Below are positions 18,955 through 28,773 of a DNA stretch of 64,000 nt, piece after piece (the first letter of the stretch is position 1; each line of letters begins with the position of its first letter). The stretch spans positions 19,017-83,016 of IMG/VR virus record IMGVR_UViG_3300032046_000015, one strand, 5' to 3'. Below the pieces are notes generated by a model. It was not told the origin of the DNA, ran no database searches, and saw only the letters and a list, made by a program, of their open reading frames with translations. The DNA is from a virus. Position numbers and translations under genes: made by a program.

Positions 18955-19251
18955 TTAATGAATCATGATCTTGGGAGTGATCTTTTCAACCATTCCCTCA
19001 ATCTCAGTCGTCAAACAGGCAGATACTGCCATACCAAATGACAGATACACTATTTGTTCTGGCGACATCTTGCACTGCTCTGTCAATTCCTTACACAACA
19101 AAAGCAGTTTGTTGCGTCTGTGTGGATCTGCCACATCCTTTGCTACCTTATTAAGTAGTGGCTCACCCTGTGTATTAGCCACCATATCAACAAGGCAACG
19201 TTCAACTTCACTCTTTGCTTCATTATCATCCATGATTCCATCTCCTCTCAT
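18955..19251 (-). CDS. Hypothetical protein
   Basis: ORF with GAGGAG RBS before MDDNE. Confidence 0.55.
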   Translation of the reverse strand: MRGDGIMDDNEAKSEVERCLVDMVANTQGEPLLNKVAKDVADPHRRNKLLLLCKELTEQCKMSPEQIVYLSFGMAVSACLTTEIEGMVEKITPKIMIH

Positions 19252-19283
19252 AGTGTTGTGATTTGCCTTATTATATGTGGCAT

Positions 19284-19787
19284 TTAACTCTTGGCCAATC
19301 CTTCCAAGTCAAAAGACATTTGATCAGTTGCCTTGATACGCCAGTCAATAACATCCTCAGGTTCAAATATCAAATCATTCACCCTTAATTCCTTGGGTGT
19401 TGACTTGGTGCTTGCTTGTATGACGCACCTGATTATACCTGTGTTAATTATGATGCGGACGCACCACTCACATATGTGTGTGTATCCGTACATATAAAGT
19501 GTAGCACCCATAGCACGTTCACGTCCTGCATGTAGACAAGCATTTGTCTCAGCATGAACTGAACGACATTTGAGATAATCGCTGCCGTGTGGTATGTTGT
19601 TATCCTCTCTGAAGCATTTGCCTATCTTCAAGCAATCCAACCGTTTGCGTGGAGCACCGTTGTAGCCAGTTGAAATGATCTGATCATCCTTGACTACAAC
19701 AGCACCCACTTGCCCTCTCAAGCACTTGGCATTTGAGCCCACTTCCCTGGCAATGCGCAAATAGTATTTGTCCTTGTCTGAAATCAT
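19284..19787 (-). CDS. dCMP deaminase
   Basis: VGAVVV..STGYNG, HAETNA, ICEWC zinc motifs. Confidence 0.9.
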   Translation of the reverse strand: MISDKDKYYLRIAREVGSNAKCLRGQVGAVVVKDDQIISTGYNGAPRKRLDCLKIGKCFREDNNIPHGSDYLKCRSVHAETNACLHAGRERAMGATLYMYGYTHICEWCVRIIINTGIIRCVIQASTKSTPKELRVNDLIFEPEDVIDWRIKATDQMSFDLEGLAKS

Positions 19788-20173
19788 GGTTTGCCATCCA
19801 TCTGTTTATCACCTGGACGTTTGACAGGTCTGTGTTTATTGAACTCCAACTTGGACGCCACTGCTGTGGCCAAATCTATGTCCAAATGCGCTGATATGTC
19901 GCAAGTGCGAATGATCACGTTGGCTAACTTGGCCGCCAGTGCGTCCATATCGTTTATGTAGATGGCCTCAATCGCTTTGCCAACTTCACTGGCCAACTTA
20001 GCCAGCCAACTCATGATCAACCGCATCTTGCCTTGGGTTATGTGTTGATACTCCACATCGGCTTGGTGCCAACCTTTGCCCTCTGAAGTTGCGTATGCTT
20101 CCTGGCAAACCTTTGATATGGTCAGATTGTGTGGAGTATCAACATCATCTGTCTTGAGGTAGTTGCGCTTCAC
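19784..20173 (-). CDS. MazG-like protein with degenerate acidic motif
   Basis: KGWH..SEVGKAIEA..KLANVIIRTCD..IDLATAVASKLEFNKHRP. Confidence 0.7.
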   Translation of the reverse strand: MKRNYLKTDDVDTPHNLTISKVCQEAYATSEGKGWHQADVEYQHITQGKMRLIMSWLAKLASEVGKAIEAIYINDMDALAAKLANVIIRTCDISAHLDIDLATAVASKLEFNKHRPVKRPGDKQMDGKP

Positions 20174-21210
20174 CGTGTGTTTTCCTTATCTGTTCCTGTC
20201 GCTGCTTTGATGTCCCATCCTGTGAAGTCAGGATTATCAAGAAGTGATGGCGCCACTATGAACCACTTTATGGCACTTCCTGCCAATGGACGTTTGCGGT
20301 GGTCTAGTCTATTGCCCACATTCGCTTCACAGCAGATAACCGCAACTCCATGGCCTTCTTGGTCATAAATAGACTTGGACACAGAACCAGTATGGCCACG
20401 TGTCCCACCATAGTTCATAACCATGGCAGCGCCAGTGGGCAACTTAACCTTGCCGGATAACACAGCCCCAACAGGAATGACCCAACCCATGTTTGGTATG
20501 TAGTAATCCTTGTGCTTATCTGGCACAGGTTGCTTCTTGGCCCATACCATGTTTCCGTAACACAATCCCATGCGCCCTTTACTGTTGACCCAACCTTCTT
20601 TGCCTGTCACAAGACCATAAGCCTCATGTTCCACTGAACATCTGGTCAAGCAACAATAAGCTGGGCCATCCCCTTTTTTCTCAGGTGGCATGCTCACCCA
20701 GAAATTGATACCACCGTGCGGTACACCGCTCCAAACTGGTGGAACGTATGGGCCACGGTTGGAGCCATTGGGAATCTCTTTGATACCAAGCTTGATGTAG
20801 TAATTAAACACAGTCACAATTTCAACACCCAATCCTGGTGTTAATACTTGTTTGGTTGCCACCACCAGTCCTTGTGTCGGTGATTGATCCTTATCAAGCA
20901 ACTCCAAAGCATCCCATGTTTTCTGATCACACACTCCTGCCATAATTTGCCCATCCAATGGCATCTTGTTGTCGCTATCTAGCAACTGTAACTGCGCCAT
21001 GCCGACTGCTTCTTCAGTCCATTGGCCATAATCGCCATCCAACCAAAAGCCTTTTGCTTCTGGTTGTGTAGGAGATGTTATGTTATGGCTGTGTGCGATG
21101 TTGCTATCCCAGAATGGATTGTCTGGGCCAACAAAGCCATGATTCCACAACAACTCTTGTAGTTGTTTAACTTCTGTTCCTTTGTCACCACGTTTCAACA
21201 CATTGTGCAT
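20170..21210 (-). CDS. Endolysin: peptidoglycan-binding domain + CHAP-like peptidase
   Basis: LKRGDKGTEVKQLQELL..DGDYG..T; EIPNGSNRG, AYCC, GHTG, EAN. Confidence 0.8.
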   Translation of the reverse strand: MHNVLKRGDKGTEVKQLQELLWNHGFVGPDNPFWDSNIAHSHNITSPTQPEAKGFWLDGDYGQWTEEAVGMAQLQLLDSDNKMPLDGQIMAGVCDQKTWDALELLDKDQSPTQGLVVATKQVLTPGLGVEIVTVFNYYIKLGIKEIPNGSNRGPYVPPVWSGVPHGGINFWVSMPPEKKGDGPAYCCLTRCSVEHEAYGLVTGKEGWVNSKGRMGLCYGNMVWAKKQPVPDKHKDYYIPNMGWVIPVGAVLSGKVKLPTGAAMVMNYGGTRGHTGSVSKSIYDQEGHGVAVICCEANVGNRLDHRKRPLAGSAIKWFIVAPSLLDNPDFTGWDIKAATGTDKENTR

Positions 21211-21228
21211 TGAGTTGTCTCCTCTCTG

Positions 21229-22080
21229 TTATGGTCTTATAAATTTGCGTTGTTGGCTGTCCCAGAACCATTCACCTATGATTCTCTGTTCGTGTTTGAT
21301 CAAAGACAGCGCCATCATTTTCTTAAACATGCGAAATAACTTGTACTCTGAAAATACCTTTTCAACCTTTGGATTGACTTTCATGGCAGATAATAAGTTA
21401 TTGCGCAAAAAGTGTAGTTTTCTACACACATATCTGAAATCGCATTTCAAACACCTATCCACTCTGTCTTCATACTCTTTTCCAAAGCATTCAACAGAAC
21501 CACCCGTGGCCAGGAATAAAGCTGATTGAGTGGTAAATGTTTCACCAGTGTGTATTCTAAACAACCGTTTGTCCTCATGCGAAGTGATAAAATTATTGTA
21601 TTCATTAAGACCAAAGAGGACACATGTATTCAACATGCTACTTGGATTGTACATGAATTCAAATGATATTTCTACACACTCTGCTTCTAATGGCATGCTC
21701 AAGTGTCCAAGTACAACATCGTTGTGGTATGCTTTAACAATCAACTGTGGTGTTGGTAAATCTTCCAATCTGGGATGAGGCCAAGGAATTTTCATCATGG
21801 TGGTGCGCCGTTTTGAAGCAACCAAATGATCTTCCAAATCTGCCAGAATCATCTTGGCACGTTCATCTAGTGGCCTTTCAATTTTGCTACCATCTGGCAA
21901 AGTTTCATATGTGTATTTGGGTATATTCTTGCCCATAATATACACAAGATAATTCACCAAATCCTGATTTGTGAATCTATCCAGCAGCCTCATGTCATGT
22001 CTCCTCTTGTGTAACTTCCTGTCTCTTGGCAAAGTCACATGCTTCCAGCTTGACCTCTTTTTTGAACAAAGCCTTCTCAA
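21229..22080 (-). CDS. Hypothetical protein with Cys cluster (likely start ~21993)
   Basis: CFGKEY..CLKCDFRYVC. Confidence 0.6.
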   Translation of the reverse strand: MRRLCSKKRSSWKHVTLPRDRKLHKRRHDMRLLDRFTNQDLVNYLVYIMGKNIPKYTYETLPDGSKIERPLDERAKMILADLEDHLVASKRRTTMMKIPWPHPRLEDLPTPQLIVKAYHNDVVLGHLSMPLEAECVEISFEFMYNPSSMLNTCVLFGLNEYNNFITSHEDKRLFRIHTGETFTTQSALFLATGGSVECFGKEYEDRVDRCLKCDFRYVCRKLHFLRNNLLSAMKVNPKVEKVFSEYKLFRMFKKMMALSLIKHEQRIIGEWFWDSQQRKFIRP

Positions 22081-22492
22081 TCATCTCTTGCGGAAAGTCA
22101 CGCAGTGTCAACCAGATTGCTATGGGGCATGTAAGGAATCCATCAGGCGATGTTCTTGCGCATGGCACACCTTTCACATCGGTTGCCAACTGTTCATGCC
22201 CCACTCCTCTCTGTAGCATCTTGCTGATTAACTTACAGGTCATTAGCAATCCACCAGAGCACAGTGCCCCTTCACGTTCCAGTGATCCTGTGGCAGCGAA
22301 CAATTCAACCATGCGTACACGTCCTTGAAATAATCCGATGGACACAGTGAGGTAGAAATTGCCGCATGGCGTCTTGATTTTTTGTGTGTAAGATGGTAAC
22401 ACGTCTGGCCTTCTGAAATCTTCACCTGTTAATTCTACAGGTGGTATCAAGCCCATGCCTTCAAATAATTTTTCATCCAATGGCATTGTCAA
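21995..22492 (-). CDS. Stand-alone TSCPD domain (class II RNR C-terminal-like)
   Basis: RPDVLPSYTQKIKTPCGNFYLTV..LISKMLQRG..KGVPC..TCP. Confidence 0.75.
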   Translation of the reverse strand: MTMPLDEKLFEGMGLIPPVELTGEDFRRPDVLPSYTQKIKTPCGNFYLTVSIGLFQGRVRMVELFAATGSLEREGALCSGGLLMTCKLISKMLQRGVGHEQLATDVKGVPCARTSPDGFLTCPIAIWLTLRDFPQEMIEKALFKKEVKLEACDFAKRQEVTQEET

Positions 22493-22809
22493 ACTCTCTT
22501 TCTGGTCACCGTTTGTGTCGGTTGTTGTTCGTTTTGATATGATAACAGTTTGTTGTGTATCTTAACACGTATGAAACTATAATCATTACAAATCAATTCC
22601 TTGATACCAAATTCAACTGGCATGCCATCCATACGGTGCGCCACAATGGCATCCTTATCCGATAATATGGTGAAACCAAATCCATGATCAGATAGGATTT
22701 TCAGACTGGCCAGAAATGGTTGAGCTTCATGGCTTCCAATTGGTCTCATGTTAATTCCTTGTTGGCCCATCATATCGCCAGAATAATCTGGCTTGAACTG
22801 GACTAACAT
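22489..22809 (-). CDS. Hypothetical protein
   Basis: ORF in operon. Confidence 0.45.
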   Translation of the reverse strand: MLVQFKPDYSGDMMGQQGINMRPIGSHEAQPFLASLKILSDHGFGFTILSDKDAIVAHRMDGMPVEFGIKELICNDYSFIRVKIHNKLLSYQNEQQPTQTVTRKRV

Positions 22810-22999
22810 ATTTACGCAAATCCCTCTTGTGTACTATCATGGGCAATTCCAGTTTACTCCAATCAACATCGTGAATCAAATACACCTTATCACGACTGAT
22901 CAACTTGGCAGGATTGCTTGATATTAACACAACATACTTGTTTGGTTTACCTTTAAGTTTGTGTTCTCTCATGAATGCTTTGATCACTGTCACCGACAT
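22751..22999 (-). CDS. Hypothetical protein
   Basis: ORF in operon. Confidence 0.45.
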   Translation of the reverse strand: MSVTVIKAFMREHKLKGKPNKYVVLISSNPAKLISRDKVYLIHDVDWSKLELPMIVHKRDLRKYVSPVQARLFWRYDGPTRN

Positions 23000-23604
23000 G
23001 GTACACCTGTCCTGGCTATTTCCAAAGCCTTTAACAGATCAACTACAAACTGCCCTTCATAAGTATCTGCCTCACGTCCTTGTTTCCTTAACAGATAAGC
23101 AGGATGCCATGTTGATACTGCTTTATATATGTGTCCAGTTATGGATACTGTACTCACCCTGCCCCTTATGACAGACATGTTATCATCCACACCTAACACA
23201 TAGAATGCCGATATGCGTCCAAGCGTCACTATGGCTTTAGGAGACACAGCATTGATCTGCCTTACCAAACGTTGACGGCATGACGCACCCCAATTCAAAT
23301 CTTGTATTTTGTTATCTGGTGGACGGCACATCAAAACGTTTGTTATGTAGGATTGTTCCAAGTCAACTCCTGCTGTATCTGCCAAACGTTCTAACATAGC
23401 ACCAGCCCTGCCCACAAACGGAACACCCTGTCTGTCTTCATTTGCTCCTGGTGCCTCTCCTATAAACATGATCTCAGGATTGATGCGCCCCTTCCCAAAA
23501 ACAACATTCTGTCTAGTCTTATGTAACTCACACAGTGTACAAGACTTGTACTTCTCTTGTATCCTCAGTATGCTAGGCATGTGTTGCCTCCATACTGTTT
23601 TCAT
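22990..23604 (-). CDS. Uracil-DNA glycosylase family 4
   Basis: CTLC, IGEAPG, PFVGRAG, TNVLMCRPP, HPAYLLR. Confidence 0.92.
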   Translation of the reverse strand: MKTVWRQHMPSILRIQEKYKSCTLCELHKTRQNVVFGKGRINPEIMFIGEAPGANEDRQGVPFVGRAGAMLERLADTAGVDLEQSYITNVLMCRPPDNKIQDLNWGASCRQRLVRQINAVSPKAIVTLGRISAFYVLGVDDNMSVIRGRVSTVSITGHIYKAVSTWHPAYLLRKQGREADTYEGQFVVDLLKALEIARTGVPCR

Positions 23605-24715
23605 ACTGTACCCTTATCCCAATAAGTTGTGGCGTTGGACAAGAATTATGGCAATATTCATTCCCCAGAACAGCACTGATGTCTCTGGTCAGATAATATG
23701 TACACATCTCCTGTATTTGATTTCTGGTGTAATGCTTAGCACCCCTTGGACACACAATCTCTCCATCTCTGGCAACTCCCAATGATAACAACTTTTCAAA
23801 ATTGGACGGTGATAGCATAGTCTTGAAGTCAAGCACTTGTAGCATTTCTTGGGATTTTTCCAGATCACGCACAGACACCATAAATTTCATGTTGTCGTTA
23901 CAATCAAATAATCGGATCAATTTGAGATTGCGCACCACTTGATCTTTGTGTTCTCTTATGGCCAATCTGAGTCTGCTGGCTATTCCATCCCATTGTGCGC
24001 TATCAACATCAAGACTATTAAGCACATTATTCAAATTGCCAAAAGCCTGTATAATCTTTGTTGCGTATGTCTTGCCTATTCCTGGCACGCCAGGCACATT
24101 ATCGCTGGTACAACCACTCAAGCATTTGGCATCACTGAATTGACTTGGTGTTAATCCTTTCAAATCCATAAGCCTTTGTTCATTTACACACTCATCATCA
24201 GTCTTGCGTTTTGATAACACCACAGTCCTGTTTGGGCCAACAGCCTGTAACAAGTCTTCATCTCCTGTGTATATAACAACATTAAAGCCAACTTCAGAAT
24301 AACGTTTGGCCAATGTATATAATACATCATCTGCTTCATATCCATCCGCTGATGCCTGTCTTATCCCCAAATAAGATAACAGCCTAATGGCAATTGGTTC
24401 CTGTTCGTGTACTGATGCTGTCAATTCATCGTACTGGGCAGATGGCTTGTGGCCTTTATATGTTGGCAGCGTCTGTCTCCTGATGTTGTGAATACTATCC
24501 CATACCACAACCATGCTTCCACCATAAGTCTCATGTATTTTAAGAATTTGCCTCAAGAAGCCATACACTCCACCTGTTCTCACTGTTGATCCTTCCCACT
24601 CAGTGGTCAGACTATTGAAAGCATAAGCTGCCTTGAATAAAAGGAATTTGGCATCCAGCAATAGTAAATCACAATTCATGAAAATATGCCCATCACACTG
24701 TACATGTTTTCCCAA
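23573..24715 (-). CDS. 5'-3' exonuclease (PolA N-terminal/FEN-like)
   Basis: YEADD, TGDEDLLQ, SDNVPGVPGIGKT. Confidence 0.9.
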   Translation of the reverse strand: MGKHVQCDGHIFMNCDLLLLDAKFLLFKAAYAFNSLTTEWEGSTVRTGGVYGFLRQILKIHETYGGSMVVVWDSIHNIRRQTLPTYKGHKPSAQYDELTASVHEQEPIAIRLLSYLGIRQASADGYEADDVLYTLAKRYSEVGFNVVIYTGDEDLLQAVGPNRTVVLSKRKTDDECVNEQRLMDLKGLTPSQFSDAKCLSGCTSDNVPGVPGIGKTYATKIIQAFGNLNNVLNSLDVDSAQWDGIASRLRLAIREHKDQVVRNLKLIRLFDCNDNMKFMVSVRDLEKSQEMLQVLDFKTMLSPSNFEKLLSLGVARDGEIVCPRGAKHYTRNQIQEMCTYYLTRDISAVLGNEYCHNSCPTPQLIGIRVQYENSMEATHA

Positions 24716-25251
24716 CAGCCAGGTGCGTGAAAGAATTTGAAGCCTTGTTCTTTGTATGCGTCTGCCACAGTGAGATCATCATCAATCGCATACAAACTGC
24801 TGCCCATATCATGTGCTAGTTTAATGGATGATAACACTCCTCTCTTATAATCTTGATCGTGATCTGTGGTTGTTCTCATGTGTAAACTTATGGTCATCTT
24901 GACACCAAACACATCTTTCAACCATATTGTTGTAGCCTGTCGCACCTTCTCATTGCGTCCTGTAAGGAACACAATGTCATGGTACATAACTGCAGTTGCC
25001 AATACTTCTTGGCTATATGGAATGATCCCATCCTGTAGTATCAATTCAGGATTGAGAAAATTATCCCATTGATCTTGGGTGATGTGTTTCTTATCACACG
25101 ATGCTTGCTTCAAACAGAATGGTTCAAGCAAGTCTGGTTGTAGGTATGGACACTTGATCTGGCGACAAGCATCCAAGTCTAGCACAGGCTTTAACAAGTG
25201 TTGTCGGTGCCTGTTGTCTGCTATGGTGCCATCAATATCAACAACTATCAT
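24676..25251 (-). CDS. HAD-family phosphatase (PNKP phosphatase-like)
   Basis: DIDGT, LTGR, IDDD. Confidence 0.8.
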   Translation of the reverse strand: MIVVDIDGTIADNRHRQHLLKPVLDLDACRQIKCPYLQPDLLEPFCLKQASCDKKHITQDQWDNFLNPELILQDGIIPYSQEVLATAVMYHDIVFLTGRNEKVRQATTIWLKDVFGVKMTISLHMRTTTDHDQDYKRGVLSSIKLAHDMGSSLYAIDDDLTVADAYKEQGFKFFHAPGCWENMYSVMGIFS

Positions 25252-25823
25252 TTGCTGTCTCCTGTGTGCGATTTACAACGCTGTATAGCCAATGGCTTTA
25301 GTGCTTCTTTGATTGCCCAAGGTGGTACCATCGCCAGAAAATCCTTGAGGATAAACACAACTATGGAGTATGGTTTGACCCAACATTCCATTCTGTTAGG
25401 ATTGACTGGCTTCATGCTGGCTATAGCGTGCCATGTTTCCGCATCCATCAATAAGTAATCTGTCTCCATGTTCCTGCTCATGATATACCACAATCGCTTG
25501 TTACTATCCTTTGTCTCCAACCCGTCTTGCCACCATCTCATGACTACAGCATCTTTGATTATAAAAGACAGGTCAAACTCCTCTCTCTTGCGCAATTCAA
25601 AGTGTATTGGAAAATTGGGTTCAGGAGCAAGCAAATCGCCAGCAGCAAATCGTTTGTCCCAACCACCACTCATCACTGTTCTCTTAAACACCTTAGTTGA
25701 CTTGGTTGATTTGCCATCAGTCCACCATAGTGATAGGATGTGTGCTATTCTGTTTTCATATGACGCACCCTTCTGCCTGGACATCCTTCCAACTTGACTT
25801 GCTGTTCGTTTCATTCCACCCAT
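25248..25823 (-). CDS. Holliday junction resolvase-like PD-(D/E)XK nuclease
   Basis: SRQKGASYENRIA..SGG..GDL..FELRK. Confidence 0.75.
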   Translation of the reverse strand: MGGMKRTASQVGRMSRQKGASYENRIAHILSLWWTDGKSTKSTKVFKRTVMSGGWDKRFAAGDLLAPEPNFPIHFELRKREEFDLSFIIKDAVVMRWWQDGLETKDSNKRLWYIMSRNMETDYLLMDAETWHAIASMKPVNPNRMECWVKPYSIVVFILKDFLAMVPPWAIKEALKPLAIQRCKSHTGDSK

Positions 25824-27739
25824 GATTTGCCTCCAGCACGTTTGATAAATATGGTATCATCAAAATATCCTCTTACATTGGGATCATGTGTAATAACTGT
25901 GACGCAACCATATTGGCCTTTTAATGTGTTAAGTAGTGGGCCATAGAATCTCTCTTTGCCTGCTGTATCTAGCCCAACATCAGGTTCATCCAAGAATAAG
26001 TTGGCAATACTGGCGCCTGTTCTTGCTCTGACCAAAGACATCAAAGCCAACGATACAGCAAGTGAAATCCTCTTGGCCTGTCCACCCGATGGCGTCACAT
26101 CTCCCAAATTTTCTATGTTCAGTTTGAACCCAAGTTTATCTACAGCCTTGCCACTTTTGAGTTTGCTTCTTGTGTCTAATTCCAGTGTTATGCTGCCATC
26201 AGTTAACAGCCCCAGATATTGGTTGGCCGATGACTCCAACGTTGGCAGCACCTGTAGAATGGCCCAGTTAATCAGCCCTTCATTTCCATAAGCATCTACC
26301 CAAAATTCAGTCAACCTTAATCGGTCAGACAATTCCTTAATCTTGCTTTGAGCTTGAGACCTCAACCGTTTGTGCTCACGCAATCGCTGTTCTAATTGTG
26401 TGGTGTTACCAGTATGTGGACACTTTTCTGCTCTGGTTTCATTTAGTTGCTTTTTTAACCTTACAATTTCAGATATCAATTGGTTGTTGACTTTTATGTC
26501 AGATTGATACTTGTGTAGTAAACCAATGGCCTTATTGTGTAATGCTTGGCAATCCTTGATGTCAGTATTGATAGAATCTAAAACAACATTTGATGCTTCT
26601 ATTTCTTGTCGTTTTACAACCATGTCATTATCTATGATTCTTAACACAGCACACTGTTCCTTGATCTGTTTGTACAACTGTTCTTTATAATCCTTGGCTT
26701 CACCAACAGAAAGTGGACTGTTACAAGTTGGACACCGCTCACCAGTCAGTTGGTGAAGTCTATCATTTAGTCCATGTAATTGTGTCTCTTTTGAAGCTTG
26801 GTCACGCACTAAAACGGTGTGTTCATCTCTCAACTGTTCGTGAACCTTCTTGGCTTCAAGCAATTGTTTGTTTGCTATTTCTAACTGAGCAACAGACTTG
26901 GACACACTTGTTTGAGCACTTGTCGCTTTAACATCTATACTCAACGGTTCAACTGCTTGACTAGCCAATGTATCTAGTTGTGTATTTATCTCATTTATGT
27001 GTAATTGATGTTTATATTCCCAATCCTTTACTTTGCCTTGTGATAAATCAATATCCAATTCCAATGTGGAAATGTTGGATGATATGCCACTCATTTTAAC
27101 GTTCCATTCAGCCAATTCTGTCTTGATGGATGATACCCTTTTTCTGGCTACAACAGCGCAATCAGACATTACATCCAAGTTGAGTATCCTTCTCAATATG
27201 GACTTGCGCTCAGCATCTGTTGTGTTAGGGTCAGCAAATCGTTTGTAATCACCTTGACAATACATGGTGGTATTCTTGAACGTTTGCCAATCCATTCCAA
27301 GCAACTTTTCAACTGCTTCTACAGTCTGCTTATGCCCTGTGACTTCATTAATTGTTGTGCCTTTGCTGTCCAATATCTGTAATGTAGCATCAGTCTGTCC
27401 CTTGCCTCTGGAACGTTCTATGTATATGTCATTGGTGTTGTCCTTAATGTGTAGCTTGACAACAGCCTGTTTTGAATGTTTATTTACAACATCATCTCCT
27501 GTATCTCCATCTGCTGTTTCACCGTATAAACACCAAGCCAAAGCCTTATACAATGAGCTTTTGCCCACTCCATTACTCTCTGCTGATGTAGCAGTTGTGT
27601 TATGTCCTAACACAAGCATTGATGGCTTGTTCAGAAATATAGTCTGGTGTTCTGTGAAAGGACAAAAGCCTTGAACATCCAATTGTTCAAATACTATCAT
27701 GATCTTGCCTCTCCCAATATATCCATACCTATCTGCCAA
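25811..27739 (-). CDS. sbcC: SbcC/Rad50-like ATPase
   Basis: NGVGKSS, CPTC zinc hook, PSGGQ, LFLDEP, ITH. Confidence 0.9.
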   Translation of the reverse strand: MADRYGYIGRGKIMIVFEQLDVQGFCPFTEHQTIFLNKPSMLVLGHNTTATSAESNGVGKSSLYKALAWCLYGETADGDTGDDVVNKHSKQAVVKLHIKDNTNDIYIERSRGKGQTDATLQILDSKGTTINEVTGHKQTVEAVEKLLGMDWQTFKNTTMYCQGDYKRFADPNTTDAERKSILRRILNLDVMSDCAVVARKRVSSIKTELAEWNVKMSGISSNISTLELDIDLSQGKVKDWEYKHQLHINEINTQLDTLASQAVEPLSIDVKATSAQTSVSKSVAQLEIANKQLLEAKKVHEQLRDEHTVLVRDQASKETQLHGLNDRLHQLTGERCPTCNSPLSVGEAKDYKEQLYKQIKEQCAVLRIIDNDMVVKRQEIEASNVVLDSINTDIKDCQALHNKAIGLLHKYQSDIKVNNQLISEIVRLKKQLNETRAEKCPHTGNTTQLEQRLREHKRLRSQAQSKIKELSDRLRLTEFWVDAYGNEGLINWAILQVLPTLESSANQYLGLLTDGSITLELDTRSKLKSGKAVDKLGFKLNIENLGDVTPSGGQAKRISLAVSLALMSLVRARTGASIANLFLDEPDVGLDTAGKERFYGPLLNTLKGQYGCVTVITHDPNVRGYFDDTIFIKRAGGKSWVE

Positions 27740-28773
27740 GCCTGTTTCTTGTCCTCATCTGATAGGCCTGAAACTTCAACCATGTACTTATCCAACATGG
27801 ATTCTATCGTTGGCAGAGCAGCCATTTCTGATGCCGTTGGAATGGCTTTCTGGGTATCTGCCTGTGTTATAGTCCAAGTCAACATCCTCACATTTTCTGG
27901 TAATTTATCGGATACAGTGTTCAACGCTGCCTTTTGTGTGTTAACATCACCAGCATTGACAATGATATGTAGATGGACATATACCTTATCCTTGGCCAAT
28001 GCCTCCAACACTTCCAACAAACCTTTGGCATTGTGACAACCTTTAATTTCTGTTGTTCTGAATTCTGGTGATTTTATAGGCTGGAATTCTTTGTGTATTA
28101 CTTGTCCATTATCAAAAGTGATAAGCCAATAACCTTTGTTGTTTGATTCCTGGAAGGATAGTGGCAACGGTGAGCCAACATACATTCCTTTGTGAAACTC
28201 TTGACTTTCATGAAAGTGTCCTGATAGAACATAATTGAAGTGGTCATAATCTTTGACTTCAATACCAAACTTATTCACCCAACCATTATTCCTACAGCCT
28301 ACAAACGATTGGTGGCAGAGCAGCACATCCCCACGCAGCTGTTGGATAATTTCTTTGGCTTTGCGGTCAGGCAGATAAGGTAATGCTATCAAAGTTGTAT
28401 TGCTAAATTCCAAAGCATCACCTTCATTGAGAACGTTAATGTTGCGATTGTCCAAGTAATCCACATTATAATGCTGTCCAAAAGCATCATGGGCATCGTG
28501 ATTGCCAGGTAATATGTATATGTTCTTGTCTCCGTGATCTTCAAATGTTCTGCCTATTTTCTTCAGTGTGGGGGCATCTAACAATCTATTATGGTATAAA
28601 TCTCCAAGAATTAACACATCAATAACACTCTTATCGCTTAACACAATATCTAACACATGATTGACATCCAACAACCTGTCTGTGTAACCTTCTGATGTCG
28701 GTTTGGCCAAGTACAGGTTGTTGGTAGCATGTAAATCAGCTGTCACGGCCACTGTGTATCCTTTGTTGCTCAC
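27697..28773 (-). CDS. sbcD: SbcD/Mre11-like nuclease
   Basis: ADLH, GDLYH, GNHD, SGHFH. Confidence 0.9.
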   Translation of the reverse strand: MSNKGYTVAVTADLHATNNLYLAKPTSEGYTDRLLDVNHVLDIVLSDKSVIDVLILGDLYHNRLLDAPTLKKIGRTFEDHGDKNIYILPGNHDAHDAFGQHYNVDYLDNRNINVLNEGDALEFSNTTLIALPYLPDRKAKEIIQQLRGDVLLCHQSFVGCRNNGWVNKFGIEVKDYDHFNYVLSGHFHESQEFHKGMYVGSPLPLSFQESNNKGYWLITFDNGQVIHKEFQPIKSPEFRTTEIKGCHNAKGLLEVLEALAKDKVYVHLHIIVNAGDVNTQKAALNTVSDKLPENVRMLTWTITQADTQKAIPTASEMAALPTIESMLDKYMVEVSGLSDEDKKQAWQIGMDILGEARS

